This document shows, in pieces, positions 50,651 through 63,500 of a DNA stretch of 64,000 bases. The notes beneath the pieces were generated by a model. The model searched no databases, was not told the origin of the DNA, and saw only the letters and a list, made by a program, of their open reading frames with translations. Made by a program: the position numbers and the translations under genes. The stretch lies in contig OZ241826.1 in the NCBI GenBank assembly GCA_965202585.1, positions 99,634,001 to 99,698,000 of the forward strand, in the 5' to 3' direction. Positions within the stretch are counted from its first letter, which is position 1, and every line of letters starts with the position of its first letter. This DNA is from Thalia democratica (taxonomy: Eukaryota).

Positions 50651-51740
50651 TATGTGTTGCTTACATTTTAATAAATGATAACTGCTTTATTTTGAGTATT
50701 GAAACATTTTTAAGTTTATTCCAATTAAACAACACTTTTTAATGTTAATCCCCTTAGTAAAAAATCAATTCTAAACTTTTTTTTATCTACTACGCTTAAA
50801 AAATTTGGTTTATTATAATGTATATTTCAAAAACATTAAGAAATCATTCTTTAAAACTGTGGAATATGTTGAAGTTAATGTTATAAATGTTATCTATTTC
50901 ATGAAAATATTTTTCAGTTATTACATTGTTTATAACAAATTCACTAATAAAAAAAATAATATGAAATTTGAGGCTTATTAGCCGGTTTTACACAAACTTA
51001 GAACAATGAGTAAACGTTTTAATTGTTTAAATTGTATTTTCATTTACCGGCATTTTAAGACCGTTTTCCGGAATCATAACCTCAATTTCAATCATGTTTT
51101 TTGTTAATGAATTAGGATACTCTTAGGAGTACAGCTTTTTCCTAATACAATCATTTTTTGATTGAGAAAGTTATAATTTTTTACAAACGGTGATAATTTC
51201 TTGAAGGTAGCCTTTTTGTATAGAAGGGTTGTTTTTTTTCAAAAATCTAATGATACAATAATCAATTTATTATAAAGAACGTAACACTTTTATATGGTTT
51301 TTGGTTTTAGATTGGTAAAAATAATATGGTAATAAAATAATCAAATTGATTGTAAATTTAATTAATCAAGTAGCTTGCAATTTTATATGAATAAGTAGTA
51401 ATAAAAACTTAATAAATTTTCAAACTACAGATGAAAAGTTTTGTAGTTAAACAAAAGTTTAAAATTTAAAAATAAAGCTGTGTAGGAAAAATTTGGGTCG
51501 GTGGAGTACAATATCTAATAATGAAATTGATAAAAGTTTGTTTTTTTAATGATATTCATATAAGTTTTGTACCTATTGCAGTTTAAAGAATTCAGAAGCA
51601 GTTGAAAAGTTTTACAACTATTTGTTAAAAGTTTTGTGGTTATGTCTTATCAATATTAAACATGTTATTTATTTTCATTACAAGACAATGAATCCGTTGA
51701 GCTTGATTGATATTTTCCAACTTATTATGACGTCACACAG

Positions 51741-51914
51741 GTGTGAAGCGGCGTGGAGAGGTTTGCTTCTACCAAGGGGGTTGCGTCCAAGATAATCTTC
51801 AGGGAGACGGAGATAGACTAGTTGAGCGAGAAGGGGTACAAGCTCGACGAGATCAGGAGAGACATCAAATTTAAGGAGGAGGATTTCCACTACACATATA
51901 GAACAGATGTTCAG
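51741..51914 (+). pseudogene. GC-rich exon-like cassette, copy 1 (unknown protein, interrupted by stops)
   Basis: Bounded by CACACAG and CAG|GTTGAA; reads V*SGVERFASTKGVASKIIFRETEID*LSEKGYKLDEIRRDIKFKEEDFHYTYRTDVQ. The donor is weak. Confidence 0.35.
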
Positions 51915-54078
51915 GTTGAATTCTGTTTTATTTCTTTAAATGCACTTTATTTTGTACATATTTTTGTTAATTGAACCAATGTTGTTATTGAACTTTAACA
52001 ATTCAAAATAGTTAGTTTCAGATTTGTTATAGTTGAAAGAACTTTAATGAGTAAAATATAAGTTGAAAAATAATTAAAGTTGTGTTTGTGTAGTAAATGT
52101 AGCTAAATGGAAGAAAGTATAGAAGTTTATTTTCAAGCTTTACCATACTACTTTAGTTACTCCATTATGTTAAACTAATTGTGAAAAATCTTTGTCGCTT
52201 TTAAATAAATGTATAGCATCATTTTCCAAACGAACTTATGTAGTTTTTTATGATTATCTATTTTGTAATGATAATTATACTGTTTTTCACTAACTTTTAC
52301 AAATCAAATTAGTGTTGATAGTGTTCTAGACCTTATAATTTATTTTATTTTGTGTTGGTTAGATTTTAATAAATGATAATGGATTTATTTTGAGTATTGA
52401 AACATTTTTAAGTTTATTCCAATTAAACAACACTTTTTAACGTTAATCCCGTTAGTATAAAAACAAATCTATACCTTTTTTTATCTATTACAGTTAAAAA
52501 TTTTTGTTTATTAAAATGTATATTCAAAAACATTAAGAAATCATGGTTTAAAACTGTGGAATATGTTTAAGTTAATATTATAAATGTTATATATTTCATA
52601 AAATTATTCTATAGTTATTACATTGAAGTTTTAAGATTATTTATAAAAAAATTTCTATTTAAAAAAAAAAACTTGTATGAAATTAAAGGCTTATTAGCCG
52701 GTTTTACACAAACTTAGAACAATGAGTAAACGTTTTATAGTTTAAATTGTATTTTCATTTACCGGCATTTTAAGACCGTTTTCCGGAATCATAACCTCAA
52801 CTTCAATCATGTTTTTTGTTAATGAATTAGGATACTTTTAGGAGTACAGCTTTTTCCTAACACAGTCATGTTTTGATTGAGAAAGTTATAAATTTTTACA
52901 AACGGTGATAATTTCTTGTAGGCAGCACTTTTGTATACAAGGGTTGTAAATTTCCAAAAATTTAATGATACAATAATCAATTTGTTTTGAAGAATGTGAC
53001 ACTTATATATAATTTTTGGTTTTAGATTGGTAAGGGTAATGTTATAACTTAATAATAAAATTGATTGTAAATTTTAATTCGATCAAGTAACTTGCAATTT
53101 TATATGAATAAGTAGTAATAAATACTTAATAAATTTTTAAATACCAAAAAGAAAAAAATTGTAGTTAAACAAAAGTTTAAAACTTGAAATGTTTAAGTGT
53201 GGAATATGTTTAAGTTAATATTATAAATGTTATATATTTCATAAAATTATTCTATAGTTATTACATTGAAGTTTTAAGATTATTTATAAAAAATTTTCTA
53301 TTTAAAAAAAAAAACTTGTATGAAATTTAAGGCTTATTTGCCGGTTTTACACAAACTTAGAACAATGAGTAAACGTTTTAATTTTTTAAATTGTATTTTC
53401 AATTACCGGCATTTAAGACTGTTTTCCGGAATCATAACCTCAACTTCAATCATGTTTTGTATTAATGAATTAGGATACTCTTAGGAGTACAGCTTTTTCC
53501 TAATACAATTATGTTTTGACTGAGAAAGTTATAACTTTTTACAAACGGTGATAATTTTTTGTAGGTAGCACTTTAATATACAAAGGTTGTTTTTTCAAAA
53601 AACTATTGATACAATAATCAATTTATAATCAAGAATGTAACAATTTTTTATTAATTTTTGTTTTAGATTGGTAAGGATAATGTTATAACAAAATAATTTT
53701 AATTAAATCAAGTAACTTGCAATTTTATATGGTTTAGTAGTAATAAATACTTAATAAATTTTCAAACTACAGATGAAAAGTTTTGTAGTTAAACAAAAGT
53801 TTAAAACTTAAAAATAAAGCTATGTACGAAAAATTTGGGTCGGTTGAGTACAATATCTAATAATCAAATTAATAAAAGCTTGATTTTATTACTTTCATAA
53901 AAGTTTTATTCCTATTACAATTTAAAGAATTCAGAAAATGTTGAAAAGTTGTACAATTATTTGTTAAAAATTAGTTATTTTGTCATACCAATATTAAACA
54001 TGTTTAATATTTGCATTACAAGACAAAGAGTCTGTTGACTACGATTGATTTTTGTCAACTTATTATGACGTCACACAG

Positions 54079-54253
54079 GTGTGAAGCGTTGTTGAGAAGT
54101 TCGCTTCTGCCAAGGCGACCACGTTCAAGAAATTCGACGTGATTGGAGCCGGAGATAGACTCGTTTACCGAGGAAAGGTACAAGCCCGACAAGATCAGGG
54201 GAAAAAAATTGAAGGAGGTGGATTTCCAATATTCTTCCAGAACCGATGCTCAG
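54079..54253 (+). pseudogene. GC-rich exon-like cassette, copy 2
   Basis: Paralog of 51741-51914; reads V*SVVEKFASAKATTFK.../EPEIDSFTEERYKPDKIRGKKLKEVDFQYSSRTDAQ with one frameshift. Confidence 0.35.
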
Positions 54254-54744
54254 GTTGAATTTTGTTTTATTTTTATGGAATACATATTTTTGTCAAATTA
54301 AGTTTGTTTTGTACATATTTTTGTCAAATTAACAAATGTTGTACTTCAATTTTCAATAATTCAAATTTGTTAGTTTGAGACTTTTAATTTGGTTTTTGTA
54401 TAATGCTTGTCAGAGCTTGTTATAGTTGAAAGAAGTTTAATAGATAAAATATAAGTTAAAAAGTCATTTCAAGTTGTAGTTGTGTAGTAAATGTAGCTAA
54501 ATGAAACCTAATATAGAACTGTATACACCTTGCATTTTACTTCACAATTTAGTTTAAATCTTCTGCGCATAAAAGATCAGCTTAAGCATTTCTTACTGCA
54601 TACTTAAAGTAAGTTAACAAATAATTCCTCCGTTACTTTGATAATAGTAATATATTAATAGGCCAGCTACTATCCAATATCGTTTATGCGCATTGTGCAT
54701 ACAAGAAAAAGAAAGTTTAATAATTGAAAAACATTCATTAAAAA

Positions 54745-55048
54745 TTAAATAAAGTTATTTATTTTGATTCTCATTTCTTTGTCTGTTTCGGTTTCGTAAT
54801 GATTTGATTTTTCTTTTTTTGACTCTTTTTTGTACAGTAGATTGGTCATTTGCAAGCAACTTCCACTCATTAGTTCTTACGTTCAAGTTTTTTAGGTCGC
54901 CACTACGTCTTTGAAAAGTAATTTTGGGTGACCTTGGTTGCATTTGCCAACGACTACCTCAACAACAACCATACAACAGCAACTTTGGGATTTGCTTTTC
55001 ACCCATCCACAGAATATGACCAAGCTAGCTAAAATATCAATCTAAGAC
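54745..55048 (-). mobile_element. RTE-clade non-LTR retrotransposon 3' fragment
   Basis: Minus-strand translation GHILWMGEKQIPKLLLYG...GSRWQMQPRSPKITFQ...DLKNLNV...WKLLANDQS matches the RTE post-RT pattern LRWLGHxxRM...IPKxLLYGEL...W..LA.DR. Confidence 0.8.
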
Positions 55049-57036
55049 AAATATGTTCAAAATATTTTATAACCAAAATAACATGTTTTCTTTTGAAGAT
55101 TGTTGTTTTTTTATTGCCGGCCGCTGTACAATAGTTTTAGAGTTTCAAACAAATCCTGTGTAAAAAGTAATTGAGTATCAGATTAAAATAACTTTCAAAT
55201 GCCGAAATTACTAGAGTGTAGAAAGTGTTCAAGCCTTCTTTACGTCTGATTAGTCATGCCAAAGAATCTGTGGAAATGTAAGTTTTAACCTATAACAAAA
55301 ATATATTCATCAAAATGTAAATATAGTTATATTAGAAAAAAATGATCATATTTGACAAAGTCGGATTTTTTTCCACTTAAACCTGATGGTATTTAGCATA
55401 GTTAACTTGCAATTTTATTATTGGTTTAATAATCTCTATACCCATTAAATTGAGCGATATTTTATAGTCAACACAAAAAGTCAAACACATTGTCAAAATA
55501 AATGATTAAAGTTAAAAAAAGTCTTAATCAAATTGTAATTTAATAATAAATTTTCCACAGTTGATATTGAATTGAAAAACATTAGAATAAAAATTACTAT
55601 TTTAACTAAGTTAGATCATACACAAAATAAACTTAAATTAACATTTAACTATCTATAGTAATATAGTAAAACAAAGTAGTACTAAGTGCAACTGTCAGTA
55701 AATGTCACGAACTTTTATCAACAATTGTTTTATTAAATATATTTTTAAACTGATATAATTAATGATAAAGATTAAAAAAAAAACTTACTTATCGTTTGTT
55801 AATAATCATCCTAACGAAACAAATTCGTTAGAGTTTACAATAATAACAACAATTAGCACAGTACTTTGCTTTATTTCTTCTAAGTTAAGATTGCAGACAA
55901 GTATTATAATAAAGTTAATCAAATTAATGACTTAAATATAATTACATCAAAATTTGCATTTTATTCAACTACTTTGCTTGTATTGAAACTTAAATTTATA
56001 ATACATTGGATAAAAGCATTCAAAACTTCTTCTTTTATTTAAAATGTAGAAGAGTTATTTTTTACAGTGTTACAGAGTTATATTAATATTTTTTTAAGCT
56101 ATGTATATATATTACTGAATTTAAAAAATATATATTATTGTTGTTACTAAAAAGAAATCAATTAATACTAAAAATAAAATAAAAGAGCATATGTGTATGT
56201 TAAAAAAGTTGTTTATATTATGGTGAATTATTGCTGTAAATATTCTATTCGACTAATTATGATTACCTGTTGTTTGTAATTTTTTTAGAGTTTTAATGGT
56301 ACGTTTTTAATTTATCTAACGTTACTTGTTTAAAATATACTCAAAGTTTTTATATTCTAAATCTGATGGTTAAAAATAAATGTGCATTTTAATACTCAAA
56401 CCTATGTAATTATTTACAATTGTGGTGTTTATAAATCTGAACTTTTGAAATGTTTTTTCCATTAAATAATTTTTTGAAGTACGTTCAAAATATTTTTAAC
56501 CCACAAATATATTTTTATTTTTAAAGATTGTAATTTTTTTCTTGACCCCTGTGTAGCTGTTTTAAGTTTTTAAACAAATCCCATGCAACAGGCAAATTAG
56601 AACCAGATTAATACTGAAATTTATTTTTCGGCTTGTTGTGATAATGTAATTGATCTTGCAAATAAACACCTTGCGGTTGTGTTATATTTTAAGACTTAAC
56701 GTCTGATTAACTATACACGATAATTTCTTAAACTATACAAAGTAAAAAAAAGGAGCCAGACATTGTTGAATTCGTTATTTAAAAATAAAGTTTTCAATAA
56801 AATATACACATTTAAATTATAAAAATGATAGTTAAATAATATTATTATTTGTAAGAGAGTTGAACGTAATAGAACTTACAATGAAAGTTTCATTATAAGA
56901 CTTTATACATTTTTAAAGGTATTTAAACAAATCAAACATGTTATAAGGATTGATCATAACAAACTTTTACCCTCAATATTTAAAAACAAATGTAAAAAAA
57001 AATAGCCATTTATTTACTTATAGATATTCTTAACAG

Positions 57037-57160
57037 GAATTGGACATAACTGATTGCAATCCTGAGGACTTCAAGATAGATCTGAACATTAAGAAGTATG
57101 CTTGGTAGGAGAAACCTTGTAGATGAGATATGGAGACGACGGAATCAAACTTTGAACAAA
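57037..57160 (+). pseudogene. Exon-like segment with one frameshift
   Basis: TTCTTAACAG| then ELDITDCNPEDFKIDLNIK, switching frame to MLGRRNLVDEIWRRRNQTLNK; GC-richer than its flanks. Confidence 0.3.
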
Positions 57161-57842
57161 GTCATATGTTTGTTTATTTTTTTACTACAATTTCTATGAT
57201 TGATGCAACTTTTTTACAAAGTTTTATGATTCAGATTGAAAAGTTTAAATGATTTAGATTACCAATAATTAACAATATTTATCCAATTTTAATCAAATAC
57301 TAAGGATCTTTGTTTTTAATTCAATAAAAAATAAATCGCAGTTATTTTTATCAATTTTAAAACAATGTAATAACTAGAATACTTTTAAGCATTTATACAA
57401 TATTCTAAACAACTTTTTTGATAAGCAGTTTTTTGAACAATTTTAGCGATTCTGTCTTAATAAGAAAATATTTATAAGTTTTCATATATTAAAATAAGTT
57501 TCGTAATTACAAATAAAAACAGCGAGACTGGAGGTTCAGATTGAATTTACAATTTCTTAGTAGTTGTTAAAAAAATAAAAAACTTAGGAATAAAAAAACT
57601 AAACAATAACCAACAGGAATGCGCAGCCTTATTCTGAATCTCTCAACTGACTTCAGAATTAAAACGCATTATTCATTGAAAGACGTCAGAATTTGAGAGT
57701 TAACTTACAATTATTTTTAAGGTCATTAAATTTATACAGTAATATTTATCTCACCAGAGAATACGCAGCATAGCCAAGGAATTTAAAATAGAGTGTTTAA
57801 ATTTTTAATGTGCAAGTTAAAAGTACAATTAATCATCTACAG

Positions 57843-57894
57843 GAACGCGCAACAACCGCCAGATCGAGCGGGACTTTTGTTTAAGATGAAAAAT
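57843..57894 (+). CDS. Putative small internal exon (52 nt), product unknown
   Basis: CATCTACAG| acceptor and strong |GTAAGT donor; only one open frame (NAQQPPDRAGLLFKMKN), ending in phase 0. Confidence 0.35.
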
Positions 57895-58586
57895 GTAAGT
57901 TTTGGTAAAATGTTACTTTTTCTTACTTTTACACTTACATCAAAAGTCTATAACAATTAACAACATACTTATAATTTTGCTTATTAATTAGATTTGATAT
58001 AGTAACAGATATAAAGTTACTTGTTCATAAGTTATAAAAAACATTTACTGTACAAGACTTTATAAGTTATTCGTCGTGTACAACTCGACTCAATAGTCTT
58101 ACTTTTTTCTTACTCCAGGTCCTAAGACCAAATATTTCAATTTTTTTTGTCGTTCAATAAGCTAATAAAAAACAAAGGGTTGTCAAAAAACCTACAACCT
58201 GTTAGAAGAAGTACAAAGAACAAAATCACCATCTTGATTAGGTCAATACTGTTATAATAATTTAGTTGTTACAATGAATTTGATTATTTGTTTTATATAA
58301 ATCTTTTTAAAGTATTAAATTAAGTTTAATTGGATTTGTTTAAAGAAAATCATGCACAACTTAAGTTTTAAAACATTAAGAGTATGTAAAATAAATGTTA
58401 AAAGATCGTTGAAAAATCTGCATCAAAATCGATCTAGTTTTAGAGCAAAAATATAAAAGCTTAATAAATAGTTATATCATAATGAATTCGGAACTACTAG
58501 TACTACAGATGTATTGGAAATTACAAAGGTGTAGAACATATTAGATTTAACTTAACAAATAAAAATTTATCCTTTCTTCAAAACAG

Positions 58587-58689
58587 GTTCCAGGAGAAGA
58601 TTCCCGCGATGGTAGGGTAATTCCAGGGGTCGAACCCGAGACTGAAAGCCCAGCATATAACCAGAACAGAAGCCTCAGTCTGGTCACAG
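58587..58689 (+). CDS. Putative internal exon (103 nt), product unknown
   Basis: TTTCTTCAAAACAG| acceptor and CAG|GTAAAC donor; open in phase 0 (VPGEDSRDGRVIPGVEPETESPAYNQNRSLSLVT); a GC-rich island in AT-rich DNA, phase-compatible with 57843-57894. Confidence 0.45.
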
Positions 58690-59227
58690 GTAAACAAACT
58701 TTATTTTTAAGTATTTTTTTACAAATGTACAATAACGTTCTTAAACAGAATTGCTGTGTTAAGTTTAAACCTTGGCTGTTAAAAATGTTTCTTTTATTTT
58801 TTTAGAATATAGATTTTTGATTGTTTACCACCATTTGGTTCAGTTCAGAGTATTCTATTTTATTTAATTTGTATTTTTTCTACTTAATTATACTTATACA
58901 CTGGTCACAGGTTATAAAAAAAATATTATTAAAAAATTAAAAGAATAAAAGTATTATTACATTTAAAACACATAAGGATAACTTACAAGAGTAAACTACA
59001 TAACATAAACGTTTTTAAACGCCCCAAAAATTAACTAAAGCTTTTTCACCTGGTTTTTGTTACTTCAAGCTTGCATCTTACCATAGTTTCATCCTATTAC
59101 CATAAGTTTAAAAGGCTTGCTACTAGTAGAAATCAGCTATGCTTATTATGTGTAGAAGAGTAAAAATCAATAGTATGATAAACTTAATTAATAACAAACC
59201 AAGTAATAAATACAAATAAATATAAGT

Positions 59228-59990
59228 AAATTAAAACTTATTCCGTTTCTATTTCTTTTTGTCTGCTTCGGTTTCTTATAGTTAGTTTTTCTTTCTCTTA
59301 GTTTTTTGTGTACTGTAATCCGCAATTTGACGTGGTCATTTGCAAGCAACTCTTACTCATCAGCTTCTATGATCAAGCTTTATAAGTAGCGGTTGCATTC
59401 GTAACTTTGAGAGACCTCGGTTGAGTTTGCCAACGACCAATTTACTATACAACAGAAACTTTAAGATTCGCTGTTCACCCATCCTCAGAACATGATCGAG
59501 CCATCGACAATATCAGCCTTAAGACTTTTTTCATCCATTGCTTCTTTTAGGGTCTGCTGTGATGGTCATAGTACAGATGTCCAAGCTCCCCAGTTTGGTA
59601 GTGGGCTTTTTCCGTTTATGTTTGTCAGGTGACTTATTTTGAGTTAACTTTTCACTTATAGATATTCCCATTCATCCAATGAGGAAGCTAAACTGTGGCT
59701 AAACAACACCTTATTGGCTGCTCAAGCAGTGGTTGTTCAAATTGAAAAATTCCTCCTACCGACAAATACGACCCATGGCGCACATCTTTTTACAAAACAG
59801 GGGTGGAAAGTAAACTGTCCTATTACGTGTTGTGTAAATGTAAAAACCTACGAAGTCAAACTTCTCCAAGCACAATGTCATGACATAAAAGTTGATATTC
59901 CAGTTGTTACCCATATAACAGAACTTCCTCAAACAGATTTCTCTAAAGGGCTCAGTTGGAAAGCTCTTATTTTATCTTCAAATTAGTTAC
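59228..59990 (-). mobile_element. Internally deleted (bipartite) RTE-clade LINE derivative
   Basis: On the minus strand, a 5'UTR-like region leads into KRKKPTTKLGSLDICTMT (cf. endonuclease N-terminal LKLGSWNVRTM), joined within ~60 nt to RWLDHVLRMGEQRILKFLLYSKLVVGKLNRG (post-RT C-terminus). The 5' boundary is approximate. Confidence 0.7.
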
Positions 59991-60206
59991 TTTACTGTAA
60001 CTGTACTATATTACTTTACACTAAGATTAAATGTAACAATAATTTAATATACCATAACAACTAAAAAGGTAATACTAATTACAAAAATATAATTTTTAAC
60101 TTGATATTTGTTTCCTATAGCATGTATCAAAAGTAAAAAAATAATTGATATATAGTATTTTTAATAATTAATTTTATAGATAGAAATTGTAAGAATATAA
60201 AATATA

Positions 60207-60527
60207 TAGGGTGGTCATTTAACTGTAATTTAAAAGTTTAAGCAAAAAATATGCAAAACCCTGAACTTAAATGTTTTTTAACCTAGAAAAACCTCAAAAA
60301 ACTTATTAGCTTGCTCTTTAATTTTAAAAACATAAAATATACAAGTTAAACTAGTAAATATAATGTTTTTTTATTTACAATTTTATTTAATATAAAAAGT
60401 ATATTTTTAGAATATTTGTACCAGTGAAACATTATTTTACCATAATTCTATTTTCAACTTAAAAAGGAAAACAAAAGTTGTACTATAAAGTTCTTAAAAA
60501 CGTTCTTAAAATCCAGTGGCCACCCTG
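60207..60527. mobile_element. hAT-type MITE
   Basis: TIRs TAGGGTGGTCATT ... AGTGGCCACCCTG; non-coding interior. Confidence 0.65.
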
Positions 60528-63500
60528 CAATGTGTTTTTGTAACTGTAATAATATAGTTTAAAATTAGTATTGTTACAAATCAACTTTAATGAAAATTTA
60601 AATATTAAGCATATTCTTTTCTTTATTGTCAACATTAATATTTCATTTCATACTTAATATTTCATACTCTATTGATTACAATCTGACTTATGTTCTGCTG
60701 TCTTAAACGTGGGTCAGCTTTATTTTTATTTTTTGCAAACTGCTGTTGTATAATTCAACAAACTTTATATTTTTAAACTTGGTTTTGACTTCCAATTCGA
60801 CTCGAAAAACATACGTTGTTTAATTAACCTCATTATTATATTATATTATTATATCATTATTATTATATAATTTTTAGAAAACAAATAGAGAGTTATCAAC
60901 TACTAGATAAATATAACCTCATTATAATTAAAACTGAAAAAAGAAGTTTATTTCACATATAAGTAAATGGTTATCTTATGATTAAAATGTGTATTTTTAA
61001 CTTAAGAATAAATTACTAATAATCTTCATTCATACTCTTATTCAACATGTAGAATTAAGTAAATATAAAAAGCTCAAATAAAATAATTATAATTTAAGAC
61101 TTTTATGGGTGTAACCAATGATTGTTTAAAACAACTGTATTTTAAATATTTAATTTCATTCTTATGCTAACTAAAGAATAAATCTGTTAATTACAATACT
61201 TTCCTTGGTAATTTTTAATATTACTAGTTGAACATAATTTTTACAGATTTTATTATGACAACTTTGGTTATAAAAATAAATATTTATGTTAATTTATTTT
61301 ATCTAAGAGAATATTTTTATTTTAATTAAATAACAATTATTACAAAACATATTTTAAAATTAGAAATAAAATTAAAGTAAACCGAAAATGTTACTTTAAT
61401 GAACTTAAATATGTATGATTTAAATGAAAATTTTATGTTTTTTTTTTATTAACTAAATCTTAAACTATTTTATGATTTAAAAGCTTTATTTATATTTATG
61501 TTTTTTTTCTTTAATCAACTTCAAAGTCGAAAAAGAAAACTTATTATAATAAATAATACTGAAATTAAGAGTTTTAATTACTTGTTCAGATTTTTATTGT
61601 CATGAAGTATATTTTTTCAATAAATTGATTGAACTCTTGTGTTTCATTCTTTAAGTAGCCATTAAACATGAAATTCTAAAAACCTTAAATTTTAAAATAT
61701 AGGCAAAAACTATGGAATTTTGCATTTAGTTTATGGTCATTAAGAAACTTAATGTTTTAACAAAATATTTTGAAAATAATTGGTTTTACTACATGAGCAC
61801 GTTTTCTATCTGACAACTTTAATAATGTTTTATTAAAAATATAAATATAAAATAGATTATTTCAAAAAATTTTAAATAAAAATAATAATAACTAGCATAA
61901 AAATTAACAGTTTTTTTTGTAGTATATTTTTTCATAGTTTTTATTTGCATATTATCAAAAAGGCTAAAAACATATTTTTAATTTTTATATTACTATGAAC
62001 CATAAAAAATAAGTAGTTCATTAAAAATATTTAATTATTATTTTTCGTACTACATAACATTAGTTTTTAAAATATATTGTTACAAAACTAATTGCTAAAA
62101 ATTATAAATATCTTACAATGTTTTGTAAATAAAAATCTAAATATCAAGTTAGTTGAATTACACAAAAGCAGTTGAAAAAGATTAAAACTGGCCACGTTTC
62201 TCTGTGTTATTACTTAAGACAGCGAAACATTTGTCAGTTTGCATTAAGTTATGTGTTGGTAATTTTTTCTTGTTTCTTAACTTCAAGTTTGCTACTGGTT
62301 AACATTAATAAAATGTAGTAAATCTTCGAAAAATATTATTAAATTAAAAAACATATATATTTAAATTAATTATTATGATATTAAAAACTATACTTAAGTA
62401 TTAAAATATATTTACTTATTCTTTTTAGTTGTAACATTTCTAATTTTTTTTAAACAGTGTGGCCACTCTTTTGTCAAATGTATTAATTTTTACTTGTATT
62501 AGAGATGCCTTTGATTTAATTATTTTTAATATTAAAATATGGTTTCGTTTCAAAAATAAAAAATCAAAATTATTATTTGATAAACGTCAAAACGTCAAAT
62601 GTTGAAAAATATTTATTTGGTATTAACAATTATTTTTTAGTATAACACTTATTTTTTACTTTATATTTATTTTCTTAGCTTTAAAATATCATTTTTATTG
62701 TTGTTTCAAACATTTTCCATGGTAGTAACATTTGTTATGATATGAAACATTTTTTTTTACTTATATAAAAAGGTTCTTATATAAATTTTGACTATAAAGT
62801 AATTGTTTAGTGATTTGTTACTAATGTTACCAAGATATCTTTATATCAAAATATTTTACAAAATAACATTAATAACAAACCTAAAATTTTACAAATTTTA
62901 TAAATAGACTTGGAATGGTTAATATTAAGTTCAATTAACCTTAAGTCTCTGGATATTTTATACATATTGCCATAAGAATTGTTTTAATGAAATCTTAGCT
63001 ATTTTATAATTATAAGTAACTTTAATACTTTTCCTAATAAAAACACATTGTTATGAATTATGTTTCAATAAACAGTTATGATTGTTATCTTGTTTACATC
63101 TGTATAAATCATGAATTTTCACTAACGTTCCTTTCTCTGGATGACTATATAAACTTTAAATATCATGAAATTAAAAAATTATAATAAGTATGTATTAACA
63201 AAATTATTTTTTTAAATTCTCGAGAATCTTGGTATTTTAAACAAATATGACTAAGAATTTTTTTTTGTACAACTTAAATATTCTTATCTCATATCTAAAA
63301 ATTTATAAAAAAAATGTAGTTTTTTCAACTCTGAAGATAGGTAAACTAAAAACAAGGTATAAAAATTATCTATAAAAATTAAACACTGTTTTGTTAAAAA
63401 AAACAGAGATTTTTTTAATCTGACAGAAACTATTTTAAAACTTTATATTATTATGAATCATACATTTGTAATAAGCTAATAGTACAAAAATAAAAATCTC

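Larger units (their letters stand above)
50403..54515 (+). repeat. Tandem segmental duplication: unit A 50403-52124, unit B 52125-~54515 with an internal 643-bp duplication
   Basis: GTTTATTTTCAAGCTTTACCATACTA at 50403 and 52125; TGTGGAATATGTT at 52555 and 53198; GGCTTATTAGCCGGTTTTACACAAACTTAGAAC-like block present three times. Confidence 0.92.

Noticed and set aside
1-54260. TGA recoding (Trp or Sec) making the satellite or the 51.7/54.1-kb cassettes coding
   Set aside because: Frameshifting monomers and TAG/TAA variants would still break the frames, other local ORF remnants use TGG for Trp, and TGG>TGA decay explains the shared stops.
54755-54943. 62-aa ORF as an independent gene
   Set aside because: It is the C-terminal part of the RTE fragment, downstream of an in-frame stop.
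59714-59986. 90-aa plus-strand ORF (MAAQAVV...)
   Set aside because: It is antisense to the inferred 5' region of the RTE derivative, has a non-ATG start and no splice or domain support.
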